Made by a program: the position numbers and the translations under genes. The notes beneath the pieces were generated by a model. The model saw nothing but the letters and a program-made list of their open reading frames with translations. It had not been told where the DNA came from and made no database searches. This document shows, one piece after another, positions 46,588-56,947 of a stretch of 64,000 nt of DNA (the first letter of the stretch is position 1; each line of letters starts with the position of its first letter). This DNA comes from Escherichia coli (GTDB lineage: Bacteria; Pseudomonadota; Gammaproteobacteria; Enterobacterales; Enterobacteriaceae), in assembly GCF_003018255.1 (NCBI RefSeq), contig NZ_CP027440.1. One strand, written 5' to 3'.

Positions 46588-46662
46588 TCGTTCTTTATTT
46601 GGTCAGTTGTCAACCTGATACTTCGCTACAATGGATACTCGTTAATCAAAGAGTTTTCCATT

Positions 46663-47562
46663 GTGGCGCTACTTATCATCACCACGATTCTGTGGGCCTT
46701 CTCCTTTAGCTTTTATGGCGAGTACCTTGCGGGGCACGTCGATAGCTATTTTGCAGTGCTGGTGCGCGTTGGCCTGGCGGCACTCGTGTTTCTGCCGTTT
46801 CTGCGTACCCGTGGCAATAGCCTGAAAACGGTTGGCCTGTATATGCTGGTGGGCGCGATGCAGCTCGGTGTGATGTATATGCTGAGTTTTCGCGCCTATC
46901 TCTACCTGACGGTCTCCGAACTGTTGCTGTTCACCGTACTGACTCCGCTCTACATCACGCTGATTTATGACATCATGAGTAAGCGCCGTCTGCGCTGGGG
47001 CTATGCTTTTAGCGCCTTGTTGGCGGTGATTGGTGCCGGAATTATTCGCTATGATCAGGTCACCGACCACTTCTGGACTGGCCTGCTGCTGGTGCAACTC
47101 TCCAATATCACTTTTGCCATCGGCATGGTGGGTTACAAACGCCTGATGGAAACTCGTCCGATGCCACAGCATAACGCCTTTGCGTGGTTCTATCTTGGTG
47201 CGTTCCTGGTGGCGGTGATTGCATGGTTTTTGCTGGGAAATGCGCAGAAAATGCCGCAAACCACGCTGCAATGGGGCATTCTGGTGTTTCTTGGCGTGGT
47301 GGCTTCCGGTATTGGCTACTTTATGTGGAACTACGGCGCGACTCAGGTGGACGCCGGAACGCTGGGCATTATGAATAATATGCACGTTCCGGCAGGGCTG
47401 TTGGTTAACCTGGCTATCTGGCACCAACAGCCGCACTGGCCAACGTTTATTACAGGCGCGCTGGTGATCCTGGCCTCACTGTGGGTGCATCGTAAGTGGG
47501 TCGCTCCGCGCTCTTCACAAACGGCAGATGATCGCAGGCGTGATTGCGCGCTGAACGAATAA
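46663..47562 (+). CDS. yigM: EamA/DMT-family transporter (biotin uptake YigM/BioP)
   Basis: 299 aa GTG-initiated 10-TM DMT protein; position between yigL and metR. Confidence 0.75.
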   Translation: MALLIITTILWAFSFSFYGEYLAGHVDSYFAVLVRVGLAALVFLPFLRTRGNSLKTVGLYMLVGAMQLGVMYMLSFRAYLYLTVSELLLFTVLTPLYITLIYDIMSKRRLRWGYAFSALLAVIGAGIIRYDQVTDHFWTGLLLVQLSNITFAIGMVGYKRLMETRPMPQHNAFAWFYLGAFLVAVIAWFLLGNAQKMPQTTLQWGILVFLGVVASGIGYFMWNYGATQVDAGTLGIMNNMHVPAGLLVNLAIWHQQPHWPTFITGALVILASLWVHRKWVAPRSSQTADDRRRDCALNE

Positions 47563-48403
47563 ACGCTTCTGTAATCGGCTGACGCTGCTCGCCATCGCGC
47601 ACGGCGGCGTACAGTCGGCTCCACAAGCCTTCGCCCAGGGTTTTGGTGACCACCAGACCCTGGCGTTCAAAACTCTCCACCACCCAATGCGGTAGCGCAG
47701 CGATGCCCATCCGCGCGGCAACCATCTGAATCAACAACAAGGTGTTATCGACGCTTTTCAGTGACGGGCTAACGCCTGCGGGCTGAAGAAAATGCCGCCA
47801 GACATCCAGTCGGCTACGCTGCACCGGATAAATCAACAGCGTTTCGCTGGCGAGGTCTTCCGGCGTGATTCGCGTTTTCGCCGCCAGTGGATGGTCAGGT
47901 GCCAACACCAGACGCACTTCATAATCGAACATCGGCGAATAATGCAGGCCACTGCGCGGCAGAATATCGGAGGTCATCACCAGATCCAGCTCACCCTGCT
48001 GCAACGCGGGCTGCGGGTCAAACGTCACGCCCGATTTAAAATCCATCTCCACCTGCGGCCAGTTCTTATGGAAATTTTCTAACGCGGGCGTCAGCCACTG
48101 AATACAGCTATGGCACTCAATGGCAATGCGCAGGCGCGTCTGCTGCGGTTCATTGCAGGCTTGCAGTGCCTGGCTGATTTGAGGCAGCACCTGATTCGCC
48201 AGTTGCAACAGGATTTCTCCCTGCGGTGTAAACCGAAGCGGCTGGCTTTTACGCACAAATAGCCGGAAGCCAAGGCGTTGTTCCAGATCGCTAAACTGGT
48301 GAGACAGGGCGGATTGCGTTTGATGCAACGTCGCCGCAGCGGCTGCGAGTGAGCCGCAGTTCCGCAACGCTTGTAGCGTTTTCAGGTGTTTTACTTCGAT
48401 CAT
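47450..48403 (-). CDS. metR: LysR-family transcriptional activator MetR
   Basis: 317 aa; N-terminal HTH ([45 protein letters not shown]); divergent from metE. Confidence 0.9.
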   Translation of the reverse strand: MIEVKHLKTLQALRNCGSLAAAAATLHQTQSALSHQFSDLEQRLGFRLFVRKSQPLRFTPQGEILLQLANQVLPQISQALQACNEPQQTRLRIAIECHSCIQWLTPALENFHKNWPQVEMDFKSGVTFDPQPALQQGELDLVMTSDILPRSGLHYSPMFDYEVRLVLAPDHPLAAKTRITPEDLASETLLIYPVQRSRLDVWRHFLQPAGVSPSLKSVDNTLLLIQMVAARMGIAALPHWVVESFERQGLVVTKTLGEGLWSRLYAAVRDGEQRQPITEAFIRSARNHACDHLPFVKSAERPTYDAPTVRPGSPARL

Positions 48404-48520
48404 GAAAGTCCTTCACTTCGGCATGAATAATTTGCGCTTGAGGAATATACAGTAACCGCCAATTATGGATGTGTAAACATCTGGACGGCTAAATACTAAA
48501 AATTCCATAAGGGGCATATA
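48404..48520. promoter_or_regulatory. metR-metE divergent control region (expected MetJ and MetR sites)
   Basis: 117-bp divergent intergenic region; contains ACATCTGGACGGCT resembling tandem degenerate met-boxes (AGACGTCT-like); site boundaries not resolved. Confidence 0.4.
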
Positions 48521-50782
48521 ATGACAATTCTTAATCACACCCTCGGTTTCCCTCGCGTTGGCCTGCGTCGCGAGCTGAAAAAAGCGCAAGAGAGTTATTG
48601 GGCGGGGAACTCCACGCGTGAAGAACTGCTGGCTGTTGGGCGTGAATTACGTGCCCGTCACTGGGATCAACAAAAGCAGGCGGGTATCGACCTGCTGCCG
48701 GTGGGCGATTTTGCCTGGTACGATCATGTACTGACCACCAGTCTGCTGCTGGGTAACGTTCCGCCACGTCATCAGAACAAAGATGGTTCGGTAGATATCG
48801 ACACCCTGTTCCGTATTGGTCGTGGACGTGCACCGACTGGCGAACCTGCGGCGGCAGCGGAAATGACCAAATGGTTTAACACCAACTATCACTACATGGT
48901 GCCGGAGTTCGTTAAAGGCCAACAGTTCAAACTGACCTGGACGCAGCTGCTGGAGGAAGTGGACGAGGCGCTGGCGCTGGGCCACAAGGTCAAGCCCGTG
49001 CTGCTGGGGCCGGTTACCTACCTGTGGCTGGGTAAAGTGAAAGGTGAACAGTTTGATCGCCTGAGCCTGCTGAACGACATTCTGCCGGTTTATCAGCAAG
49101 TGTTGGCAGAACTGGCAAAACGCGGCATTGAGTGGGTACAGATCGACGAACCAGCGCTGGTACTGGAACTACCGCAGGCGTGGCTGGACGCATACAAACC
49201 CGCTTACGACGCGCTCCAGGGCCAGGTGAAACTGCTGCTGACTACCTATTTTGAAGGCGTAACGCCAAATCTCGACACGATTACTGCGCTGCCTGTTCAG
49301 GGGCTGCATGTGGACCTTGTACATGGTAAAGATGACGTTGCTGAACTGCACAAGCGTCTGCCTTCTGACTGGCTACTGTCTGCGGGTCTGATCAATGGTC
49401 GTAACGTCTGGCGCGCCGATCTTACCGAGAAATATGCGCAAATTAAGGACATTGTCGGCAAACGCGATTTGTGGGTGGCATCTTCCTGCTCGTTGCTGCA
49501 CAGCCCCATCGACCTGAGCGTGGAAACGCGTCTTGATGCAGAAGTGAAAAGCTGGTTTGCCTTCGCCCTACAAAAATGCCATGAACTGGCACTGCTGCGC
49601 GATGCGCTGAACAGTGGTGATACGGCGGCTCTGGCAGAATGGAGCGCTCCGATTCAGGCGCGTCGTCACTCTACCCGTGTCCATAATCCGGCGGTAGAAA
49701 AGCGTCTTGCAGCCATTACCGCCCAGGACAGTCAGCGTGCGAATGTCTATGAAGTGCGTGCTGAAGCCCAGCGTGCGCGTTTTAAACTGCCCGCGTGGCC
49801 GACTACCACGATTGGTTCCTTCCCGCAAACCACGGAAATTCGTACACTGCGTCTGGATTTCAAAAAGGGTAATCTCGACGCCAACAACTACCGCACGGGC
49901 ATTGCGGAACATATCAAGCAGGCCATTGTCGAGCAGGAACGTTTGGGACTGGATGTGCTGGTACATGGCGAGGCCGAGCGTAATGACATGGTGGAATACT
50001 TTGGCGAGCATCTGGATGGCTTTGTCTTTACGCAAAACGGTTGGGTACAGAGCTACGGTTCCCGCTGCGTGAAGCCACCGATTGTCATTGGTGACGTTAG
50101 CCGCCCGGCACCAATTACCGTGGAGTGGGCGAAATATGCACAATCGCTGACCGACAAACCGGTGAAAGGGATGCTGACGGGGCCGGTAACCATACTCTGC
50201 TGGTCATTCCCGCGTGAAGATGTCAGCCGTGAAACCATCGCCAAACAAATTGCGCTGGCGCTGCGTGATGAAGTGGCGGACCTGGAAGCCGCTGGAATTG
50301 GCATCATCCAGATTGATGAACCGGCACTGCGCGAAGGTTTACCGCTGCGTCGCAGCGACTGGGATGCCTATCTCCAGTGGGGCGTGGAGGCTTTCCGTAT
50401 CAACGCCGCCGTGGCGAAAGATGACACACAAATCCACACTCACATGTGTTACTGCGAGTTCAACGACATCATGGATTCGATTGCGGCGCTGGACGCAGAC
50501 GTCATCACCATCGAAACCTCGCGTTCCGACATGGAGTTGCTGGAGTCGTTTGAAGAGTTTGATTATCCAAATGAAATTGGTCCAGGCGTCTATGACATTC
50601 ACTCGCCAAACGTACCGAGCGTGGAATGGATTGAAGCCCTGCTGAAGAAAGCGGCAAAACGCATTCCGGCAGAGCGTCTGTGGGTAAACCCGGACTGTGG
50701 CCTGAAAACGCGCGGCTGGCCAGAAACCCGCGCGGCACTGGCGAACATGGTGCAGGCGGCGCAGAATTTGCGTCGGGGATGA
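48521..50782 (+). CDS. metE: cobalamin-independent methionine synthase
   Basis: 753 aa; [23 protein letters not shown]-terminus; C-terminal zinc-binding motifs ([16 protein letters not shown]). Confidence 0.95.
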   Translation: MTILNHTLGFPRVGLRRELKKAQESYWAGNSTREELLAVGRELRARHWDQQKQAGIDLLPVGDFAWYDHVLTTSLLLGNVPPRHQNKDGSVDIDTLFRIGRGRAPTGEPAAAAEMTKWFNTNYHYMVPEFVKGQQFKLTWTQLLEEVDEALALGHKVKPVLLGPVTYLWLGKVKGEQFDRLSLLNDILPVYQQVLAELAKRGIEWVQIDEPALVLELPQAWLDAYKPAYDALQGQVKLLLTTYFEGVTPNLDTITALPVQGLHVDLVHGKDDVAELHKRLPSDWLLSAGLINGRNVWRADLTEKYAQIKDIVGKRDLWVASSCSLLHSPIDLSVETRLDAEVKSWFAFALQKCHELALLRDALNSGDTAALAEWSAPIQARRHSTRVHNPAVEKRLAAITAQDSQRANVYEVRAEAQRARFKLPAWPTTTIGSFPQTTEIRTLRLDFKKGNLDANNYRTGIAEHIKQAIVEQERLGLDVLVHGEAERNDMVEYFGEHLDGFVFTQNGWVQSYGSRCVKPPIVIGDVSRPAPITVEWAKYAQSLTDKPVKGMLTGPVTILCWSFPREDVSRETIAKQIALALRDEVADLEAAGIGIIQIDEPALREGLPLRRSDWDAYLQWGVEAFRINAAVAKDDTQIHTHMCYCEFNDIMDSIAALDADVITIETSRSDMELLESFEEFDYPNEIGPGVYDIHSPNVPSVEWIEALLKKAAKRIPAERLWVNPDCGLKTRGWPETRAALANMVQAAQNLRRG

Positions 50783-50818
50783 TGAGTATTAACGAGTCAT
50801 TGTAAATTGCAGTACGAT

Positions 50819-50846
50819 AATGGCTTCCAGTACTGGAAGCCATTTT
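50819..50846 (+). terminator. Rho-independent terminator after metE
   Basis: Hairpin AATGGCTTCCAG-TACT-GGAAGCCATT followed by TTTG. Confidence 0.7.
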
Positions 50847-50950
50847 GCATGAGTGCCAGATTGAAGCAGATCTTCAGGAGTAGAAATAACCGAATCGTTT
50901 TTTTCGCAAAACACAGTTTTGAGTGATTCCGTTCAGTAATCAACGCTACG

Positions 50951-51211
50951 TTATTTATTCTCACGTTGCACGAGATTGTATCCCTTTTCACTAACGTGGT
51001 AGTGAGGCATAGACTTATGCCCGCTATCCTCAATAATAACCAAACCTTCGTTAGCTAATTTGTTAACAATATTAACAATATTACCGAATCCTGGTATTTG
51101 CCTTATGGATAGTGTGCGATCGAGATTCATCCAGTTCCAGTTTATATCTTTCTCAGTCATAACGTTCAGCACGTTAAGTTCATTTTTAGTGATCACGATA
51201 TTCTGTACCAA
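50951..51211 (-). CDS. second paralog of putative immunity protein (possible orphan immunity)
   Basis: 86 aa; clearly paralogous to the 51271-51528 product (shared IVxxNxLxVMxEKDIxWxWMxLDRTLxIRxIPGFGNxxNIVxKLxNxGLVxI pattern); AT-rich. Confidence 0.55.
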   Translation of the reverse strand: MVQNIVITKNELNVLNVMTEKDINWNWMNLDRTLSIRQIPGFGNIVNIVNKLANEGLVIIEDSGHKSMPHYHVSEKGYNLVQRENK

Positions 51212-51270
51212 AATTGATGAGTATCTTATTGAAAGATCACAATGTAAATCATGCTCCTGTAATGGCTGGA

Positions 51271-51528
51271 TCAGAAGAGGTTGTCTTGTTGTTCTTTGAT
51301 AAGATTCAATCCATATTGAGAAACTCTGTAGCGTGGTTTAGAGTTGCCCTCACCATTTACGATATCAACCAACCCATGATTAACCAGCTTTGTTACGATA
51401 TTCGCTACGTTGCCAAATCCTGGAATATTTCGTATAGCTAAAGTACGATCCAGCACCATCCAGCTCCAGTCAATATCTTTCTCAGCCATAACTTTCAGCA
51501 CGTTAAATTCAACTATCGTAATCGTCAT
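51271..51528 (-). CDS. putative cognate immunity protein of the Hcp-fusion effector
   Basis: 85 aa; start codon overlaps the stop of the upstream Hcp-fusion gene (ATGA at 51525-51528), the arrangement typical of effector-immunity pairs. Confidence 0.55.
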   Translation of the reverse strand: MTITIVEFNVLKVMAEKDIDWSWMVLDRTLAIRNIPGFGNVANIVTKLVNHGLVDIVNGEGNSKPRYRVSQYGLNLIKEQQDNLF

Positions 51529-52658
51529 TTTTTTGCATCCGGATGAAATAAGTCAGTATCTTTAATTTTAAAGTCTTCTAGAGTTGCAGTATGTACATTA
51601 TTCCATAATTCATATCCATCTAAACCTTTCGGTTCACCTGTTTCCCATCCTAAATTACAATAACGCTGATACTCGCGACATTCATGAGTATAGTAGTTCA
51701 GATCGTATTTTTCAGGAAGCAATTCTTTATTTGCTATTTTCTTTAGCCTTGAAATCATTACATCATTAGCTGGATCATGATCAAATCTGGAGATATGCTT
51801 TTCAACAATAGCGATACCTTCCCTGTTGATTGTTACGCCATCTATCGTCAGGTTTTCAATTGGACCACCGGCAAGGTCGGGATTAAATGGTCTTCCTGAT
51901 ACTGCTCCTCTGGCTCCGAAATGCTCAAGTGATTCCAAATCAGGGAATCTCATTCTTCCCAGAACAACTCCAGCAACTATTGAAGCACCAGCGATGAGTA
52001 ACCCTTTGTTATCCATAACTTGATCGTAACCAGCAGGTGCATCTCCTCCCAACTTGTTTGCTGTTTCCCTGAATCCTTCGATATTCCCATTGTATATGCC
52101 GCCAGCAGCAAGCAGTCTGCCAACCGCTTTACTATTGAGTGTTTTGAGGCCATTATCATCTTTAGTTTTTGGCCGTGGTATAAACAGACGGTTGTAGTTA
52201 TCGGGAAATGCCAAATAACTAAATTCAGTATTAGCAATCAGATGCCTGGAGAGTATATATTCATAACTGGCAGTGATGGTTTCTGTATCCAGATTGTTCT
52301 CAGTAAACAGGTGATTGATTGCTGATAAGAGCGCGCCGCGGAGTTGAATGTTGTAATATTTCTCCCATCGACCAAATCTATTGATCCGATAGAAGTCAAA
52401 CTCCATGAACAACTGCTCGTTATTGTTAATAGCGTTAATAAGTAACGGGGAGCTTTTGTCAATCAACTTACAGAAACTAAGGCCATGTAATTGTGACCCT
52501 TTGCCTGTATTCGTAATACTATTAGATAGCGAGAACGCGAAGATTTCATCTTCATGGCCAATCTGCCAGCGATTACCTATTGATGCGCTCGTTCCGCAAC
52601 GAGAGGAAATACATCCTTGTTGTTCTCCGGTTATGGTCAGGTAAATAATATCACTCAT
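51525..52658 (-). CDS. Hcp-domain protein with C-terminal extension (candidate T6SS Hcp-effector fusion, Hcp-ET-like)
   Basis: 377 aa; N-terminal ~165 aa match the Hcp tube-protein signature (YLTITGEQQG...DEIFAFSLSNSITNTGKGS...LSFCKLIDKSSPLLINA; compare Hcp FIKIGDVKGES...IDVLAWSWG...LSFTKYIDKSTPNL); ~210 aa C-terminal extension of unrecognised fold; AT-rich. Confidence 0.7.
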   Translation of the reverse strand: MSDIIYLTITGEQQGCISSRCGTSASIGNRWQIGHEDEIFAFSLSNSITNTGKGSQLHGLSFCKLIDKSSPLLINAINNNEQLFMEFDFYRINRFGRWEKYYNIQLRGALLSAINHLFTENNLDTETITASYEYILSRHLIANTEFSYLAFPDNYNRLFIPRPKTKDDNGLKTLNSKAVGRLLAAGGIYNGNIEGFRETANKLGGDAPAGYDQVMDNKGLLIAGASIVAGVVLGRMRFPDLESLEHFGARGAVSGRPFNPDLAGGPIENLTIDGVTINREGIAIVEKHISRFDHDPANDVMISRLKKIANKELLPEKYDLNYYTHECREYQRYCNLGWETGEPKGLDGYELWNNVHTATLEDFKIKDTDLFHPDAKK

Positions 52659-53049
52659 CCTTGAAAAACCTTTTGTTAATTCTTTTGTGAAAGAAAAATA
52701 GTATTGTTATTTTTTACCTTTATTTACGCCCAAAAGGGATGAACTAAAATGTGAAAAACAAAATGTTTCACTTTAATATCTTTTTATCAGGAAGGTCTGA
52801 GATAATTTATAATTAATGTGAATGTGTTGATAATAATTAATGTTTGTTTGAGAATGGGAGTTGATGGTAAATCTCTAAGGTGTCTGCCAGTGAAGAGACT
52901 CATTTATGACTATGACTTGCCGACTTTCTTAAGGTCAAATAGCGGAGTCGTGCTCTCCAATCAATTCATACTGATTATTTTTTGGGGGACAGAGATGGCA
53001 GCAAAATGCACTCGTTCACTCACCATCTCAAATATAGACTAAGAGGAAA

Positions 53050-53865
53050 CTAATTCCGCTTCCCACCATACTGCTTAAACCACTCCAGCATACGCTGCCA
53101 GCCATCTTTCGCAGATTCGGCATGATAGCTCGGGCGATAATCGGCGTTGAATGCATGCCCGGCATCCGGGTAGACGATAATCTCTGCTTTCGCATTAGCA
53201 GCCCGCAGCGCCTGGCGCATGGTTTCAACGCTCTCCTGCGGAATGCTGTTATCCTGACCACCATATAAGCCGAGAACCGGCGCGTTAAGATCGGTTGCGA
53301 TATCAACAGGTTGTTTCGGTGAATTCAGCGACTTGTCGCCCGTCAGTTTGCCGTACCACGCCACTGCGGCTTTTAGCTGTGGATTATGCGCGGCATACAG
53401 CCAGGTGATACGTCCACCCCAGCAGAATCCGGTGATCATTAAACGATGAACATCGCCGCCGTTGCGGGAAGCCCAACTGGCGACATGATCGAGATCGGCC
53501 AGCACCTGCGAGTCAGGCACTTTTGCTACCAGACCGCTAAGCAACGTGGGGATATCGGCAAAATCATTCGGATCGCCTTCGCGGAAGTAAAGTTCAGGTG
53601 CAATAGCCAGATACCCCTCCAGCGCCAGACGGCGACAAATGTCGCGGATATGTTCATGCACGCCAAAAATTTCCTGCACTACAATGACCACTGGCAGTGG
53701 GCCATCGCTTTGCTTTGGTCTGGCATGGTAAGCAGGCATGTTATCCCCTTGTGAAGGGATAGAGGTGAAGCCCGCCACAATCGCGTCGTCCGGAGTCTGA
53801 ACGATGGTCGAAGCGAGAGGCGATGCCGCAGGTGCAAATCCAGATTGTTGTGTTGTTGCCATGGT
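53050..53865 (-). CDS. ysgA: dienelactone hydrolase-family protein YsgA
   Basis: ORF track starts at 53928; ATG at 53865 (MATTQQSGFAPAASPL) gives ~271 aa; alpha/beta hydrolase with GFCWGG nucleophile motif. Confidence 0.8.
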   Translation of the reverse strand, partial: TMATTQQSGFAPAASPLASTIVQTPDDAIVAGFTSIPSQGDNMPAYHARPKQSDGPLPVVIVVQEIFGVHEHIRDICRRLALEGYLAIAPELYFREGDPNDFADIPTLLSGLVAKVPDSQVLADLDHVASWASRNGGDVHRLMITGFCWGGRITWLYAAHNPQLKAAVAWYGKLTGDKSLNSPKQPVDIATDLNAPVLGLYGGQDNSIPQESVETMRQALRAANAKAEIIVYPDAGHAFNADYRPSYHAESAKDGWQRMLEWFKQYGGKRN

Positions 53866-53981
53866 ATTCTCCGTACCCTTATAAAAATGTTGCGCAATGT
53901 TAACTATAGTCAGCATGCAACAAATCACATTGCCTGAATCGGCTCATCTTTTATGCAGTCCTGCAGAATGAAGAGTGATTT

Positions 53982-53997
53982 ATGTGATTTGCATCAC
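53982..53997 (+). promoter_or_regulatory. CRP-binding site in udp promoter region
   Basis: TGTGATTTGCATCACT fits TGTGA-N6-TCACA about 125 bp upstream of udp; a second imperfect palindrome TGCAACGCATTTGCGTCA follows. Confidence 0.55.
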
Positions 53998-54123
53998 TTT
54001 TGATGGGTAAATTTATGCAACGCATTTGCGTCATGGTGATGAGTATCACGAAAAAATGTTAAACCCTTCGGTAAAGTGTCTTTTTGCTTCTTCTGACTAA
54101 ACCGATTCACAGAGGAGTTGTAT

Positions 54124-54888
54124 ATGTCCAAGTCTGATGTTTTTCATCTCGGCCTCACTAAAAACGATTTACAAGGGGCTACGCTTGCCATCGTCCCTGG
54201 CGACCCGGATCGTGTGGAAAAGATCGCCGCGCTGATGGATAAGCCGGTTAAGCTGGCATCTCACCGCGAATTCACCACCTGGCGTGCAGAGCTGGATGGT
54301 AAACCTGTTATCGTCTGCTCTACCGGTATCGGCGGCCCGTCTACCTCTATTGCTGTTGAAGAGCTGGCACAGCTGGGCATTCGCACCTTCCTGCGTATCG
54401 GTACAACGGGCGCTATTCAGCCGCATATTAATGTGGGTGATGTCCTGGTTACCACGGCGTCTGTTCGTCTGGACGGCGCGAGCCTGCACTTCGCACCGCT
54501 GGAATTCCCGGCTGTCGCTGATTTCGAATGTACGACTGCGCTGGTTGAAGCGGCGAAGTCAATTGGTGCCACCACTCACGTTGGTGTGACGGCTTCTTCT
54601 GATACCTTCTACCCGGGTCAGGAACGTTACGATACTTACTCTGGTCGCGTAGTTCGTCACTTTAAAGGTTCTATGGAAGAGTGGCAGGCGATGGGCGTAA
54701 TGAACTATGAAATGGAATCTGCAACCCTGCTGACCATGTGTGCAAGTCAGGGCCTGCGTGCCGGTATGGTAGCGGGGGTTATCGTTAACCGCACCCAGCA
54801 AGAGATCCCGAATGCTGAGACGATGAAACAAACCGAGAGCCATGCGGTGAAAATCGTGGTGGAAGCGGCGCGTCGTCTGCTGAAATAA
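54124..54888 (+). CDS. udp: uridine phosphorylase
   Basis: 253 aa from ATG 54124 ([35 protein letters not shown]); PNP/UDP family. Confidence 0.9.
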   Translation: MSKSDVFHLGLTKNDLQGATLAIVPGDPDRVEKIAALMDKPVKLASHREFTTWRAELDGKPVIVCSTGIGGPSTSIAVEELAQLGIRTFLRIGTTGAIQPHINVGDVLVTTASVRLDGASLHFAPLEFPAVADFECTTALVEAAKSIGATTHVGVTASSDTFYPGQERYDTYSGRVVRHFKGSMEEWQAMGVMNYEMESATLLTMCASQGLRAGMVAGVIVNRTQQEIPNAETMKQTESHAVKIVVEAARRLLK

Positions 54889-54913
54889 AAAACGCTCCCC
54901 AACTTCGGGGAGC
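54889..54913. terminator. hairpin terminator shared by udp and the convergent tct operon
   Basis: GCTCCCC-AACTTC-GGGGAGC hairpin; the T-run lies on the minus-strand side (complement of AAAAAACG), so it is best placed to terminate the minus-strand tct operon. Confidence 0.6.
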
Positions 54914-54921
54914 GATATCAG

Positions 54922-56412
54922 TTACTGACGCCGTAAACGCATTATTTTGCGGATTATTGGCGTCAGTAGCGTAAAGGCTGCCAGAGTTAGCAATGCCAGA
55001 GTGATCGGTCGGGTATACAGAAAGTCCAGTGAACCCCCTGAAAGCGACAGCGCACGGCGAAAATTACTTTCTGCCATCGGGCCCATAATCAATGCCAGCA
55101 CTACGGGTGATGCCGGATATCCTCCTTTCTGCATGAAATAGCCCACCACGCCTGCAATCAGCATAATGCCAACATCAAACAGGCTATTGTTCAACGCATA
55201 AGTCCCGACCACACAAAGTGCGAGGATCATCGGTGTGAGAATATTGCCGGGGATCTTCACCACGTTACCGATGACTTTCAAAGAGAGCAGTCCAAGAACT
55301 AGCAGCATGAAGTAACAAAAGATCATGCCGACAAACAGTGTATAAACCATATCGCCGTGGTCGGTAAACATCAGCGGGCCTGGTTGCATTCCCTGTAACG
55401 TTAACGCGCCCAGCATGATGGCGGTTACCGCATCGCCAGGGATCCCCAGCGTCAGCATAGGTAACAATGCGCCACCGGTGCAGCCATTCGCGCCTGCCTC
55501 ACAGGAGGCCACAGCTTTAATTTCACCCTTACCAAAGTTTTCTGGTGTCTTACTGAAACGACGAGTTTCGTTATAGGCAACAAAAGCTGCAATATCCGCC
55601 CCCGCACCGGGGATCATGCCGATAAAAACCCCTAATCCTGATGAGCGCAAAATGGTTAATGCAATGCGGCGTAGTGTTTGCCAGGGCAGTAACAGACTGC
55701 CGATAGCCACCTTCGCCCCCTGACGAATTTGCTGGTTTTGCTCCATAGAGCGGAATGCTTCTGAAGCAGCAAATAAACCAATCATCACCGGGATAAATGG
55801 CACATTCATCAGCTCCACAAATCCACCTGTAAACCGTGGAAAACCGCCCATTGGATCAAGGCCTATCGTTGCGATCAGCAATCCGCCAACCCCGGCAATC
55901 AGCCCTTTAATCAGCGACTCACCGGAAATACTGGCAATAATACTCAGTCCGAAGGTTGCCAGGGCGAAGGACTCCGAGGCACTAAATTTCAGCGCCCAAC
56001 TGGCAAGTACCGGAGAGAGAAACATCAGCACGATAATGCTGAGCGTTCCGCCACTAAAGGAAGAGAACGTGGCGGCACTCAATGCCAGCCCTGCTTTTCC
56101 CTGTTTCGTCAGCTCATAACCATCAATAGCGGTGGCTGCGGCGGCAGGCGTTCCGGGAATTTTGAGCAAAATTGCGGTGATAGAACCACCGTAGACGCCA
56201 CCAAAAAAGACGCCGCAAATCATCAACAAGCCAGAAACAGGCTCCATGCCGTAGGTGAAAGGCAGCAAAATCGCCACACCCATGGTCGCTGTCAGACCAG
56301 GCAAAGCGCCAATCACAATACCCAGCATCACCCCAAAAGTGGCAAACAGCAGCGCCTGAGGATTATTGAGTAATGTCGAAAAACCCTGAGTTAAAAGTTC
56401 ACTTTCAAACAT
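54922..56412 (-). CDS. tctA: tripartite tricarboxylate transporter large permease
   Basis: 496 aa, many TM helices; TctA-family features (GAITAILLKIPGTPAAAAT, GMIPGAGADIAAFVAYNE). Confidence 0.75.
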   Translation of the reverse strand: MFESELLTQGFSTLLNNPQALLFATFGVMLGIVIGALPGLTATMGVAILLPFTYGMEPVSGLLMICGVFFGGVYGGSITAILLKIPGTPAAAATAIDGYELTKQGKAGLALSAATFSSFSGGTLSIIVLMFLSPVLASWALKFSASESFALATFGLSIIASISGESLIKGLIAGVGGLLIATIGLDPMGGFPRFTGGFVELMNVPFIPVMIGLFAASEAFRSMEQNQQIRQGAKVAIGSLLLPWQTLRRIALTILRSSGLGVFIGMIPGAGADIAAFVAYNETRRFSKTPENFGKGEIKAVASCEAGANGCTGGALLPMLTLGIPGDAVTAIMLGALTLQGMQPGPLMFTDHGDMVYTLFVGMIFCYFMLLVLGLLSLKVIGNVVKIPGNILTPMILALCVVGTYALNNSLFDVGIMLIAGVVGYFMQKGGYPASPVVLALIMGPMAESNFRRALSLSGGSLDFLYTRPITLALLTLAAFTLLTPIIRKIMRLRRQ

Positions 56413-56424
56413 TGCTGGCCCCTG

Positions 56425-56934
56425 TTATTCGAAAAATGTGCCGACAGGCAATGGCACCTGTAACGCTTCGACAAACAGCAACCAGAGGATTGCCGTTAAC
56501 AGCAGCGCAATACCCGGTGTGAGTACCCATCGCCTGTAGCCCATCAACGTCATAATGACGATGAGGAAAACAGGAGTAGTAATGAGATAACCGCAGTAGC
56601 TCATCGCCACAATATAAAACGCGGTTGCCGCAATTCCTGTTGCTGTTTTCCTGAATGCCGGTTTTTCCTGTGCGTTGGCGCAAGAGGCTGGTTTTGCCTG
56701 CAAAAGATCGCGTATCACCAGCAAGACAGCGAGCACAATCAGGGCACAGGCATAGAAGGTAGGGAAGGCACTTGCACCGGGATCCGTTTCAATGGCAGTT
56801 GCTGGAAAATCAGCGGCATTAATCATCACCGCGCCAGCAACCACACAAAGTAACAGCGCCACCACCATCGTTGATGAAAGGCGCTTGCGGTGCGGTACGG
56901 CGAGTTGAGCAACAGACTGTTTTGTGTTCATCAA
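56425..56934 (-). CDS. tctB: tripartite tricarboxylate transporter small membrane subunit
   Basis: 169 aa with 4 TM helices, between tctC-like and tctA-like genes. Confidence 0.65.
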   Translation of the reverse strand: MMNTKQSVAQLAVPHRKRLSSTMVVALLLCVVAGAVMINAADFPATAIETDPGASAFPTFYACALIVLAVLLVIRDLLQAKPASCANAQEKPAFRKTATGIAATAFYIVAMSYCGYLITTPVFLIVIMTLMGYRRWVLTPGIALLLTAILWLLFVEALQVPLPVGTFFE

Positions 56935-56947
56935 CCGTACCTCAGGT

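Noticed and set aside
46669-47436. 255 aa minus-strand ORF
   Set aside because: Antisense shadow ORF inside the yigM membrane-protein gene; His/Gln/Arg-rich translation without domain features.
52818-53042. 74 aa plus-strand ORF in the AT-rich region upstream of the Hcp-fusion gene
   Set aside because: Sits in the probable promoter region between divergently oriented flanking genes; no RBS or recognisable features; likely chance ORF in AT-rich DNA.
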